Shown here in pieces: positions 52,988 to 64,000 of a DNA stretch of 64,000 nt. The position numbers and the translations under genes were made by a program. The notes beneath the pieces were generated by a model. That model was given only the letters and a program-made list of their open reading frames with translations. It was not told the DNA's origin and made no database searches. How positions within the stretch are numbered: the first letter of the stretch is position 1; the number at the start of each line of letters is the position of its first letter. The DNA lies in the NCBI GenBank assembly GCA_028534125.1, contig CM052816.1, forward strand, positions 81,718,001 through 81,782,000. Direction: 5' to 3'. This stretch comes from Lama glama. Lineage: Eukaryota.

Positions 52988-53180
52988 TACCTTTGGCTGA
53001 ACATCTATCACGTGCCAGGTGCCTGTTCAGTCCATTAGATAAATCACCTTATCTCATCCATTAAGTGATCTTACTAGGGGAAGCATCAACCTCCTGCGGC
53101 TGAAGGAACTTGCCTACACGGCCAGTAAGAGGGTCTGGAAAACAGGCCATCTCTCCGAGGCACGTATTCTTTGCGCCGTG
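52988..53180 (-). mobile_element. MIR fragment
   Basis: ttggctgaacatctatcacgtgccagg...aacttgcctacacggccagtaag. Confidence 0.5.
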
Positions 53181-54094
53181 CTCTGCTCATGTTTATTAAT
53201 AAACTGAAGAGTCCAGTGGAGGTTCACATCCTGGAAAATACATTTTAAGTGGAACATGGATCCTTTAACTTTTCAGAAAAGGCTACTTGTTTTTGTTTTG
53301 GTATGTGGGTTGTGTTTTAATTAATTCCACATTTTGTTACCAATTTGGAACAATCTGTCCTCAGGGAATAGATCTGGTTTACTTATAGAAAGCTAGCCCA
53401 GTGGGGAGGGACTAGGGTTACAAAGTATTCGTTGTAGGAAATAATCTGAAAAAACCTTCCCAGTGCTCCCTCCACCAAACAGATGTTAATAGAACATTCC
53501 AGAAAACCTCATCTTCCCCAGAGTAGGTATGATAGAGTCGCAAACAAAAACATTCCCATGTGTTACCAGCTATGACTGCAAGATGGGCATTCGACATCAA
53601 ACATTACCGGCGTTGCTCCCCGTCTCAGAAAGTTCTCTCGAATGTCACTCCGGGATGATGCTGTTATCACTCAAAAGAATGAGGGGTTCCCAGAGCTACC
53701 TGGGGATCCTGGAAGCCAACTGCAGACCTCAGGAGTATCAGTCAGTCAGGGAGAAAGCAGAAAGGCGTCTGTAATTTTGGGACCGTCACAGGTTATGCGC
53801 CGGAACTGGTCCTGGGGTGCAGGAGGGTGACAAACTCATCGCTATGAATTCTCTGCTCTTCCTCCAGAGATGAACTTTCCAAACTGACCCTAAGCTGATT
53901 TTTTAAATAAGCAAACCATGATCTCATCTTCTACATTTTGCACCTGCTCCTCCCACACTTAACACACACACAGTTTTCAGAGTGTCCTCTTCCAAAAACA
54001 TCCACGGGGCTCTACAGTTTCCACAGTAACCTTGTCAGGAAGGAAATTGTTTGAATAACTGAGTAGCCATAGGTGACAGGGTCAAAATGTCACG

Positions 54095-54765
54095 TGTGTT
54101 AGTTTGCTAGGACTGCCATAATAAAGCACCACTAACCCAGGGCCTGAGCAACAGAGATTCGTCTTAGAATTCTGAAGGCTACAAGTCCAAGATCAAGGTG
54201 TTGGCGGAGCTATGCTCCCTCTGAGGTACTGGAGAAGTATCTGATCCTGGTCCCCCTCCTAAGCTTCTGGTAATTCCTTGGCTTGTGACAGCATAACCCC
54301 AGCCTCTCCCTGGATGCGTGTCTGTGTCCAAATCTGCCCTTCTTACAAGGACAATACTTATATTGGGTTAGGGGCCCCTCCTACTCCCACATGACCTCAT
54401 TTTTTTTTCAATTAAAGTATTGTTGATTTACAATATTGTGTTAGTTTCTGGTGTACAGCATAGTGATCCCATTATACATTTATGTATATATATATCTATT
54501 CTTTTTCATTATAGGCTATTATAAGAAATTGAATATAGTTCCCTGTGCTCTACAGTAGGACCTTGTTGTTTACCTATCTCATATAGAATAGTTTGTATCT
54601 GCAAATTCCAAACTCCGAATTTATCCCTCCTGCGACAACCTCATCTTAACTAATTACCTCTGCAATGGTCCTATTTCCAAAGAAGGCCACATTCTGAGGT
54701 ATGGGGTGGGGCTAGGACTTCAACATATGAATTTGGTGAATAGGATGCACAATTCAACCATAACA
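54095..54765 (-). mobile_element. MLT1B/C-like MaLR solo LTR interrupted by an L1
   Basis: tgtgttagtttgctaggactgccataataaagcacc ... ggacttcaacatatgaattt...cacaattcaaccataaca. Confidence 0.88.
54401..54637 (-). mobile_element. 5'-truncated artiodactyl-type L1 3' end nested in the MLT1 LTR
   Basis: Poly-T, then ttgatttacaatattgtgttagtttctggtgtacagcatagtga...; flanked by duplicated acctcat (54394-54400, 54638-54644). Confidence 0.85.
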
Positions 54766-55409
54766 TTATCTAAAGTAGTTTTGAATTGAAAATCAAACTC
54801 AAGAGAAGGAGCAGAATGCATTGCCTGCAGGAGGGCCTCATAGTATAATTCCAAGTGATGTCGTGGGTGACTTACCATGTTGGTGGGGTGGCAGGGAAGT
54901 TAGTGTGCTGACACCCGAAACCTGTTGCTTGCAAGTAACGTGAAGAGACAGTCATGGAGGGGGCTGTTCACTGAGGGGCAGACCCCTAATTCCTACTCAC
55001 CACTTTGAAGAACAAAACTTAAACAGGTATGTGGAAACATTTAGCGTTGAAGGAAACTATTAGTCAGTTATAAAGAGTGAAAAGGGACATCTTGAGAACA
55101 TTCAAAACACTTTAAACTCTTTGGTACCTAATCTCAAAGTGCCTCCAGTCCTAAAGCTTGGACTAGATGCAAATTTGCCAGAGGAACTCAATATTAAACT
55201 GGGTTTCCTTTTATAAGACATGGCGGCGGTGGTGAGGGGGGACTACTGTTTCCTTGTCAGTTTGAGTAGGTGGAAGCCTTATAGCTTGTTCTTGTCACTT
55301 GCTTCCTCGGTATCTACGAGGAGGTATTTTGTGAAGCAGTAAACCACTCATGAAATTAAGCACCAGACCACGGGACGAGGACAAGGTATAATCTGGGGCA
55401 GATTTGGGG

Positions 55410-55632
55410 TGGCACAGCACAGGATTTAGGGGCACAGGCTGTGGTGGCAGCTAGACCTAAGCTCAAATCTGGTTCTGCCTCTTTCTTAGGTGGCCTTGGT
55501 CAAGTTACATGGCCTCTCTGGGGTCAAGGTCTCTGATCTAAAACTGTCCTTAATCGAGTTGTGGTCATTATTAAATAACATAGTGGAGGGCAGAGTGTTC
55601 ATATGGTAGCACCTGTTCAACACATAGTATTT
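55410..55632 (+). mobile_element. MIR SINE
   Basis: agacctaagctcaaatctggttctgcc...ggccttggtcaagttacatggcctctctg. Confidence 0.65.
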
Positions 55633-56274
55633 CTTATAATTATTCCAGAGAGCTAAAGAGTGGATCTTGAAAAATCAACCTATTTTCTTTCTCTCCTGTC
55701 TTGTTAATTCCTTGGTTGTTTGTTCTGGGCATTGGGAGACCATGGCTCCAGGAACCTTTGCCTCTTTACTTGATTCACTTCTATACCGTCTTGGCCTTCC
55801 CTTCTCCTACTCCTGCATCTCAGTGGCTTCCAGGAAGACCAGCCTCACCTGGCCCCTCCTCGTCCAGGGCACACATGAGACCACCCCATCAGAGATGGGA
55901 ATTTCCAAGTCATGACTGTTTACTAGTAAAAAAGCCATGTTTGGAAAATCTACTTCCATTTTTTCTTTGCAAAAATGGGCATCATCCTACCACTCCCTCC
56001 AACAAGTAAATTAAAATCACCAGGAATCCTTCCCTGTGGCTGCAAAGCCATCTTATTCCAGGGCCAGATATATTTTCAGAGCCTGGGATAGAAAAATTTG
56101 CCTCCTACAGACCCCACAGCCTTAAGCCAGACAAGAGAAGAGCTTCCTGAGCAGGTGAATAAAATTTCCCCATAATGGGAAGACTCTTTCGGCAAGGTCC
56201 TAAAGACCCCACCAACCTCTGGGATAAGAAAATCCCAGGCTTCCATAACACTGTCCGTGTACTATAGTCGTTTT

Positions 56275-56500
56275 GACACTTTTATTGAGCACAATTTACT
56301 AGTCACAGTGCTAAGTCCTACATGTACATTCTGTCATCTTTTAGTCATTGGTATCAATAGTGTCATTGTTCCCATTTCACAGATGGGAAATCAGAGGCTC
56401 AAGAGGGGTGATTTTCCCAGGGTCAACCAGCTGGTAAGTGGCGGCACCTGGGGAGGCAGCCCCAGCTGTCTGGCTCCGGGGCTGCAGCTCCCAACCACAA
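56275..56500 (-). mobile_element. MIR SINE
   Basis: cccatttcacagatgggaaatcagaggctcaagaggggtgattttcccagggtca. Confidence 0.75.
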
Positions 56501-56989
56501 GGCTCTCCTGCTGCGTGTGCTCTCCCTGCTCCTCCTCCTACTTCTCCATCCCAATCCGCTCCCTACAGATCAGACAGCTGCAAATGGTGAGGGCATTCAT
56601 GAATTGCTTTGAGAGGGCTGCCTCTTGGTGGTCCCCACTTCCAACCTGAAGGACCCCATCACCAGGGACTAAAGCCACCTTCTCAAATCCTTATAGCATC
56701 TTGAGTGTTACCACGGTGAGCCCTGCTCCTTTGCTAAGAGTGATCTCTAACCACAAATAAGAATATTTCTCATCAGCACCCCTCCTTGAAAATGAGCAGC
56801 ATCTCCCAGTAACTGCCAGTTAGGTACTCAGCCATTAGCCAAGAGCATCTCATCAGTCGAAGAGGCAACCCAAAGGAAATACTGGTGAGAGTGTCCACTG
56901 AGCAAGTACCCACAGCAGCCAGCCAGTCTTGCGCTACGTCCTTTCCACGCACTGGCTCATTTAAACTCAGACCACATGGCATGTGCCTG

Positions 56990-57310
56990 ATGACTTCTTC
57001 CTGACTCTCCATGTCTACGCTCTGCCCTTTTCTACCCTGCCTTGTGCCCCAGGGTGCTACCACATACGGACAATATCAGTGGGCTCCCTTGCCCCTGTCT
57101 GATTCCTACTAATCGGAAGCTTTAGTAGGAGACAGAAGGGAAGGAGAAGATTGAAGTCAAGGTATTTCTGCTCTGGCTTCTTCTCTTCAAGGTCTTCTCG
57201 GGTTAGATGTCACTCCCATCAAAAGATCATCATGGTTCTCAAGGTGGCTTTCTCTCCCTAGTGCTCTCCTTCTGGGATATAGAAGCCCTTCTCACAGGAG
57301 CCCCTGAAGG
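56990..57310. mobile_element. LTR33-like ERVL LTR fragment
   Basis: ccctgccttgtgccccaggg...gggctcccttgcccctgtctgattcc...gaagtcaaggtatttc. Confidence 0.55.
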
Positions 57311-57377
57311 CTTGACCAAACTGATGTATCTTCTCTTCTCTTGTCTCTTTCACATACGCCCATCATTCAAACCCTGG

Positions 57378-57972
57378 TGTGCAGTAATGGGTTAATGCAG
57401 CAGGTTTGGGGGATTCAATCTCTGTATATTTCAAAGAAAGGACTGTCCCTTGACAGACTCCCGGAAGGCAACTCTCTAAGCCCTCATCCTGCCTGATAAG
57501 AGTGTCTTTGTATACCTGGGGCCTTGGGCCATACCAGGCAGATGATGCTAATAATGTGATATACGGTGGGGGCCGGGCCATGTGGGATTAGTTTGACCCC
57601 TGGAAGGACTAGATACCGAGTAACTGACGCAACCACACAGACACTCCATGCCTGTGTGACTGACCCCCAACAAAAACGCTGGACACCAACGCTTGGGTGA
57701 GCTCCCCTGGCTGACGATCCTCCATATGAGTTGTCATACATCACTGCGGGGAGAACTCAGTGCTCCTGGACAAGTCTGCTGGAGAGGACACCTGGGAGCA
57801 CGCGCCTGGTCTCTCCTGGACTCCACTCTGTGCACCCTTTACCTTTGCTGACTTTAATCTCATTCCTTTCACTATCATAAACTGCAATCAGGAGCGTAAT
57901 AGCTTTTCTGAGCTCTGTGAGCTCTTCCAGGGTATCATTGAAGCTGAGGGTGGAACTGGGGACCTGAATTCA
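57378..57972 (+). mobile_element. MER77/MER68-like solo LTR
   Basis: tgtgcagtaatgggttaatgcagcagg...atcctgcctgataagagtgtctttgtatacctggggccttgggcca...ctttgctgactttaatct...; TG...CA ends. Confidence 0.78.
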
Positions 57973-58574
57973 CCGGGGAAACAACAGAACAATAACTCAG
58001 TGCCATGGTGGGTGGCCACATGGGCAGGAAGCAGAGATATGTTCATTCAGATGAGATCCAACGGCACCTTCCAGGGCGGGGAGGCTGGGGGAGTTGGGGC
58101 TGGTCTACAGACATTTCTAAACATCTCGAGGGGCTTCTGGACTATGAGTCTGTGACAAAGGTGACATGGGACAGCCAGATGGAAACGTATCCAGGACCCA
58201 ATCTTTGGTGCGGTGATTGGAGGTGAGATGCTGGGTTGAGTGGAAAAGAGGGTCTAACTCGATGTGACATTTCTCCTTCTCTTTCTGAAGAAACAGTCAT
58301 GTACTATTTCTTTTCTTTCTACCCCAAGTGTCAAGGAAAAAGGAAAGACTCCAAGCCTAATCTTCTCACAGAGAATGAAGCAAAAAAGAAATACATAAAT
58401 GCCACAAAGCTTCAACTCAGAGTATGGATTTTCCCTTTATAGGATAAATGCCATCAGCTTCTTCCCACGGTAGGACCCGCAACCCTCTGCAGCTGCAGAT
58501 CCCAGCATCGGACGTAAGTGAACCACAGGGGCCCCACATCCAGCCCCCATGCCAGCTGGCGCTCCCTCACTCAC

Positions 58575-59050
58575 CTGGCCCCGCTGACGTCAACTCCGAC
58601 CATCAGCTGCCCGTTCAGGGAGAGGATCTCATCCCGCAGTCGGACCTTCCCACTCTTCCCTGCCGGGCTGTTCTTCCTCAGCTCCGTCACCCAGATGCAG
58701 CCCACATCCAGCACAGGGCCCTGGTGGGTTTTCCTCTTCTTGCCCCCTCTGCGCTTTTCTCCATAGTCCCCGAAAACAGGGATGTTCCCAAAACTGAGGC
58801 CCACAGTCTCTGTGTCCCCCAGCTCCTTGGTGAGGTACACAGTGCAGATCTCCATGCCCGGGGGGCTGTGCTCAGGCGGGACCACGCTCTCATCCACAGC
58901 AAAGTTCAGCTGGATGTACTCCTGCAGCTTCTGGATGGCCGCCTGGCAGAGGCGCTGCTCCGGCCCGTCCCCGCCCTCCCGCAGGCTGTTCTGAAGCCAC
59001 TGGTAGAGCAGGGGCAGGTGCAGCCCGGCATTGTCCTGGGTGATGGGCAT
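58575..59050 (-). CDS. PDZD2: PDZD2 first coding exon, coding part (476 nt; N-terminus and most of PDZ1); CDS continues outside the window
   Basis: Translation MPITQDNAGLHLPLLYQWLQNSL...VGLSFGNIPVFG...VRLRDEILSLNGQLMVGVDVSGA matches my recollection of the PDZD2 N-terminus. ATG at 59050 in context accATGc. Donor AG|GTGAGT at 58575/58574 (phase 2). The ORF track starts three codons earlier at a GTG. Confidence 0.96.
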
Positions 59051-59398
59051 GGTGCTCACTCCCGGGCGCCAGCATCATGAGCGGACCTGCTCCTGGGGGC
59101 CGGGCCCCACAGGGCCCCACGTCCCTTGGGAACGCGGGCTGTCATCAGCTTTGTCTGTGTTCATGTTCGGGCTGGCAGACGAGCTGAAGGAACGCTGTTT
59201 GCCTTGGCAAGGGGAGGACGGGACACAATTAGAACAACAGTAGAACAATCGCTGGGCCCGGAGTGCTCGGCGAGGGAAGGAAGGAAGCGTCCCACCAGTC
59301 CCCGCTTGGTTCACTTCATGGCGGGGCCACGCGAAGGACCTGGAAACGAGCTGTTCCTCCAGCAGCGACACGGTGACCTCCCCTGGACTCGTTCACAC
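59051..59398 (-). other. PDZD2: 5'UTR part of the same PDZD2 exon (whole exon 58575-59398, 824 nt)
   Basis: Minus-strand polypyrimidine tract and acceptor tttgttttttcctcttccAG|GTGTGAAC at 59399/59398; GC/CpG-rich from there to the ATG. Confidence 0.85.
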
Positions 59399-59557
59399 CT
59401 GGAAGAGGAAAAAACAAATCTTCCAATCATAATAGTGAGCTTCCTACGCAGAATATGTGGCCTCTTGAGATACAGAGGGACGGTGTTTGCTTTTTGATCC
59501 AGGAGCCTAATGTCTCTCCCCACTTCTCTCCAACCCACAGCTTAGCTCCCTCCACCC

Positions 59558-59640
59558 TGTACACACACAGACACATACCTATACACAGATACACACACAG
59601 ACACAAATGCACGCATACACGCACGCACACACATACACAC
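59558..59640. repeat. Imperfect (CA)n tract ~160 nt upstream of the PDZD2 acceptor
   Basis: acacacacagacacatacc...gcacgcacacacatacacac. Confidence 0.8.
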
Positions 59641-61389
59641 CCTTCCCCCAGACAAGAAACCTCTGGAACTCTGACCTTCTCCAGGAAGTTTCCCTGATCA
59701 GTGGGAAAATAAGATGACTTTTGCTAGACAATTCCCACCAGACTCATACCCATCAGGGAGTCTGTGTGACAAGACTCCCCAGAAGATCGGAGGGGGTTTC
59801 TGCCTGGACATATTTAAGAGCTCACATTCCTAGGAGGATCAAATCTACGTCCACCTGCCTTGATCAGCCCAACTGCACACACAGTAGGTCTCTCCATCCT
59901 AGGACTCTGTTCTGACAGCACTACCAAGAGGAGAAAGAGCCAGTCAACACCGTGGGGAGACGCAGGCTCTGAACACCACCCGTCCTAAGCTTAGCTGGTG
60001 TTTCCATCCTTACCATGTAGATTCAGAGGGAAGCTTGTCCCTTTACAACCTACAGCTTTTAGTCTCCTCCATTCTTTCTCTGGTAAGCTGTAAACTTACT
60101 CTTTGACCAACCCCAAAGCCACCTTCTGCAGAGAATGTTTCTCCAAGCCGCAGGGTGAGAAGACCTGGCGTGGCCCTGAGCACGGGGCTCACAGCAGCTG
60201 GGCGCTCAGCAGCCTGCCCAGTCAGCTGCGGCAGGTGCGGCTCCCCTGCCCGAGCGAGCAGTGCCCCCCGCACTGACCACGCGCAGTGCCTGGTGCACAA
60301 CACCCCCCCCCCAGGGAAAGGTTGCTTGCGTTCCACTGCCAATTCTCCTTCTCCACCAGAGAGATTTTCACCTCCATCCTCTGTAAACACAGAAAAAGGA
60401 CCCCTTTCAGTCTCTTCTCAGAACTTCACTTTCACCCAGAGAAAGTCAATATAAACCGTGCCATCGGAGATGGAAAACGTTCCCAGCCTTCTCAGGAAGT
60501 GATTTAACAAGGAATAATAATAAATGGGAGAGCTGTCAGAAGCCATGTCAATAATAAATGACCTTATTACTCAGTAACCATAAAGAAATTTCCAATAGAG
60601 TAAGACGTGAGTTTCCAAAGAACTTGAGTGCCAGCTATTAATCGGTTCCAAATACATCAAAAGCTTAGCAAATATCATCTACATAATCACATGCCTATTA
60701 AAAAGAAATGCAGAATCAAAGAAAAGATAATCCATACATGTACAAAAACTGAATGTCTCCTTTGGCCAAAGTAACACCTCTCACTGAAAAGTAACTCCAT
60801 ACAGACATACTAAATGTCTTATGAATAAATCAAAACATTTTCCATCAGATTCAACTACTCTTATGAGTCTGTTTCCTCATCTGTAAAATGAGAAAGTTAA
60901 GCTAAATGATCCCCAAGGTCTCTCATACTTAGCGGAGAGGTTCCCGAATACAGCGACAATATCTGATTCATCAGTATATTCCAGACTCCAGCATGGTGTC
61001 TGTCACCTTGCAGACTCTCAATAATTTAAAACAATTTTTAAAAGATCGTTTAAAGTGAAAATTCTGATGGTGATTCAAGGTGTTAGTCACAGTTCAGATG
61101 GTTCATACGCATGGAAATAAGTAAATACATTGAGCAAGATGTTCCTTAAATAAATCTGAGGAGAATCAAACTTAGGAGTAACAGAGATTTTCTTGATGTC
61201 AACTTGTATTTTTGCAACATGTATTTACTGAACATCTATTCAGAAACAGTCCTTGAACTTGGCACTGGGAATATGCTGCAAAAAGGCAAATTCCTTGTCC
61301 TGAAGGCATTCATAGTCTAGTGGGGAGAAGCCTAAATAAATGGAAACTAGTGTGTAACAAGTCTATGACAATCCTCTTAACAGAACTGA

Positions 61390-61940
61390 CGAAGGTGCAC
61401 TCCGGGGAGCCATGTCCACATAATATAAGACAAGCCCCCAGCCCCTGTTGATGGGTCCCGAGCTGGGCATCTCTTGTAAGTTGGAATAGAGCTCCCCCCT
61501 GAGAACGGAGAGACCTCGAGAGAAAGGATCTAGTCTCCAGCATGTGGCAGAAGCTCTAACTTTAGAACTAGGGCCTCTGGATGGCAAGACTCTACCTGCT
61601 GTGTGAACTGAGGAGTAGAGAAAATCAGCTTGCCAAGAAAGAAAGTAAATATGATCTGCAAAAGGCAGAGATCCAGGACGGGTGAGAGAATGCCCTGGCT
61701 TTCCCACAGCATCCCGAGTCTCGGCCATCCTGGACCAGGCTGCGTTACTGCCTTCCCCCTCAATCTGAAAGACCTTATCCATCCTCACAATAAATTACAC
61801 TTGAAAAATTTAACTGCTTAAAAAAACAAAGTAAAGCAAAACAAAACTAAAAAAAAAAAAAAAAAGACAAAAAACACACTCCAAGTCTTATCTTGAGTTG
61901 TTTTCTGCTTTTTGCAGCTCAAAAGTTGTGAATGAATACA
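61390..61940 (+). mobile_element. Old MaLR/ERVL LTR with an internal A-rich tract
   Basis: aataaatt, then terminal cttgagttgttttctgc...gcagctcaaaagttgtgaatgaataca. Confidence 0.45.
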
Positions 61941-63324
61941 TTAGAGGTGAGTGAAGCTGATTGGCTCAGACTGGATCATTTGTCCATCAGTAGTCCAGTC
62001 AGTTATAGCAGGGGGTTCGGGTCATGAGGAATCAACATAGCTGCCAGGAGCCCACCCTCTGACCCTGAATGTGGTGAGGGCAGGGAAGGAGTTTTCAGAA
62101 AAGGAAAAATTATTTCAAGAGTACAGACATCATCAAGGAAATTTAGTCTTATTAAGTTGTTCATGGGCTACATAATCTTTCAGTTCCATACCTATAATTG
62201 GGAATTTTCCTTCCAGCCCCCTTTTTGGTCAACTTCTTTTCTAGGATTCTCTATAAATAAAGGAAGTAGAGGCATTCCCACCCACTGCAACGATTTGAGA
62301 CGACTCAGGGCATATGAAAAGATACACAATCTTACAACACTACTGTGGAAAGTGTGATTCTTCCACAACATCCAAGGAAAGCTTCCAGGGTCAAATATTC
62401 CAGTGAACAGAATGTTGACCCAGAGGAGACACAGAAATCTGCAAATGGTTACAAATACCAACATCCCTCCATGGTTGGTCTGTGTAAAGGTCTTAAGAGC
62501 TTCTCATCCTGAAGATCAATCCAGTTCAACAGGGAGTAGAATTTGCGGTCATGGAGGTCTACTGAAATGGTACAGTTCACTTTGGTCTACCATACATAAT
62601 TCTCCAATTACTTTCCCATCTCAAGCAAATAGCCATGATAATTTAAATTAATTTTGAGTAGCTTGAAGCTGACAGCCTTAACATTCAAAACAAACGCTTC
62701 TGTCCCAGAGGTAATTTACTGATATGGTGTTAGAAACTACCAACATTCTTGGACCGCCTTTCAGCTGAGTCCTATATTCTCAGCAGAATGACGTCACCCA
62801 CAAGGGGTGACAACTGGTGGTGGTAGGATGCCCCCCCCCAAACTTAGATATTATAATGGTTAATGCCCCACTCCCCTACAAAGCTCAATCCCATCTGACA
62901 ATTATTCCTTGGTATTTAATTTCTTGTGTTAGAATTTAAATTAAATTAAAATTTTCTCCAGGGTGAGAGAAGGAGGACAATAATGAAAAAGACTGAAAAA
63001 CACTAAGTGAAACCAGTTCCCTACCCAAACTCACAAGCCCCGAGTCACCTGAAAACTGAGCTTAAGTCCTTAACCTGGTAGTGGGTATAAAAATGTCTTC
63101 TGGTTTATCCAGAACTTGCCTCAAAATCAGATTCACACTGGACTGTCTGGTACTAACTTCCTCTCCCAACTGCTTTGGATTCTAAATCAGATTCTATTCT
63201 GACCTCTCCTAAGTTCAAATTCTCCAACCTCCATCTAATCTTCCTTCTGGACTGGACTCCTCTTTTGGCTTTTAGAAAATGCTCACATTTTAAAAGGAAA
63301 CAAGTATTGATTAAATATTTACTA

Positions 63325-63712
63325 CTGGTTTATTCAACGGATGTTCAATGAGTGCCCATCACGTGCTGGGCCCTGAACAAAACAGTCAATGTTCCTACAG
63401 AGCCTCATGAAGCCTGTGTTCTGAGGATGGCAAAATAGTAAACAAAATACAGTAATGTCAGATGGTGATTAGCACTGTGAAGAGAATTATGGTCGTGTCA
63501 GAGGATAGTGAGGGATGGACATATGAAGGGATCAGGAAAAGCCCCTCTGAGAAGAGACTTGAATAAAGTGAGAGACGGAGGGAAGAGAGAATGTGTGGGA
63601 AAGCTGTTCTTGGCCGAGAGGACAGCAAGTGCAAAGGCCCTGAGGTCAGAGCCCACTCGCTCAGCTGCAGGGGTGAGTGAGGAGGATGGGGTGGCTACAA
63701 GAAGGGTGTGAA
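63325..63712 (-). mobile_element. L2 fragment
   Basis: ttattcaacggatgttcaatgagtgcccatcacgtgctgggc...aggacagcaagtgcaaaggccctgagg. Confidence 0.75.
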
Positions 63713-63819
63713 AGGGAAGTGCCTGCTCTGTGCTGGCTGCTTCCCCATTGTTTCGTTTGCTCTCCAATCCTCACAACCACCTTATAAAACAAGGGCCTCT
63801 GACCTCATTTTACCAACAC

Positions 63820-64000
63820 TGGCTAATGGCTGCTGTTTTCTGAGCATCGCCACATGTCAGACACTGTTCCAAATGAGTACTTTCCGTGGATTAACTTATT
63901 CAATCACCACAACAATATTGCTTGGAGATATTGTTAGGAGGCACTTTTTAAATGCTCAGAAAAAGTAACAGAAACAGAGAGGCTAATTGATTGGCCCAAG
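63820..64000 (-). mobile_element. MIR SINE
   Basis: ttctgagcatcgccacatgtcagacactgttcc...agaaacagagaggctaattgattggcccaag. Confidence 0.65.

Larger units (their letters stand above)
1..58574 (-). other. PDZD2: PDZD2 intron following the first coding exon (continues beyond position 1)
   Basis: Begins GTGAGT at 58574. I saw no downstream PDZD2 coding exon in the window; repeat-rich non-coding sequence. Confidence 0.85.

Noticed and set aside
58448..59080. 210-aa plus-strand ORF, the longest non-gap ORF in the window
   Set aside because: It lies codon-for-codon antisense to the GC-rich PDZD2 CDS, a typical shadow ORF, with no recognisable domain.
62789..62796. CRE palindrome TGACGTCA (another at 58585-58592 inside the CDS)
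   Set aside because: Isolated 8-mers with no supporting promoter context.

Overview
Mammalian genomic DNA, most likely camelid (alpaca/camel), judging from two tRNA-Ala-derived vic-1-like SINEs and artiodactyl-type L1/Tigger2a elements. The window lies inside PDZD2 (PDZ domain-containing 2) on the minus strand. One exon is visible: 58575-59398, with 348 nt of 5'UTR and the first 476 coding nt (MPITQDNA..., N-terminus plus most of PDZ1), bounded by canonical AG and GT sites. Everything below 58575 is the start of the long following intron. It holds an internal CpG island/candidate alternative promoter (~21.2-22.7 kb), a 500-N assembly gap and many decayed repeats (L1, L2, CR1/L3, MIR, MaLR/ERV LTRs, hAT and Tigger elements, a ~2.4-kb Charlie/Buster transposase fossil). 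I found no prokaryote-type system and no convincing novel gene. The best leads are a dense uORF arrangement before the PDZD2 start codon, a two-state 22-bp hairpin, a chimeric L1 insertion inside one perfect TSD, and the intronic CpG island. Repeat family names are from memory of consensus sequences; repeat boundaries are approximate unless a TSD is quoted.
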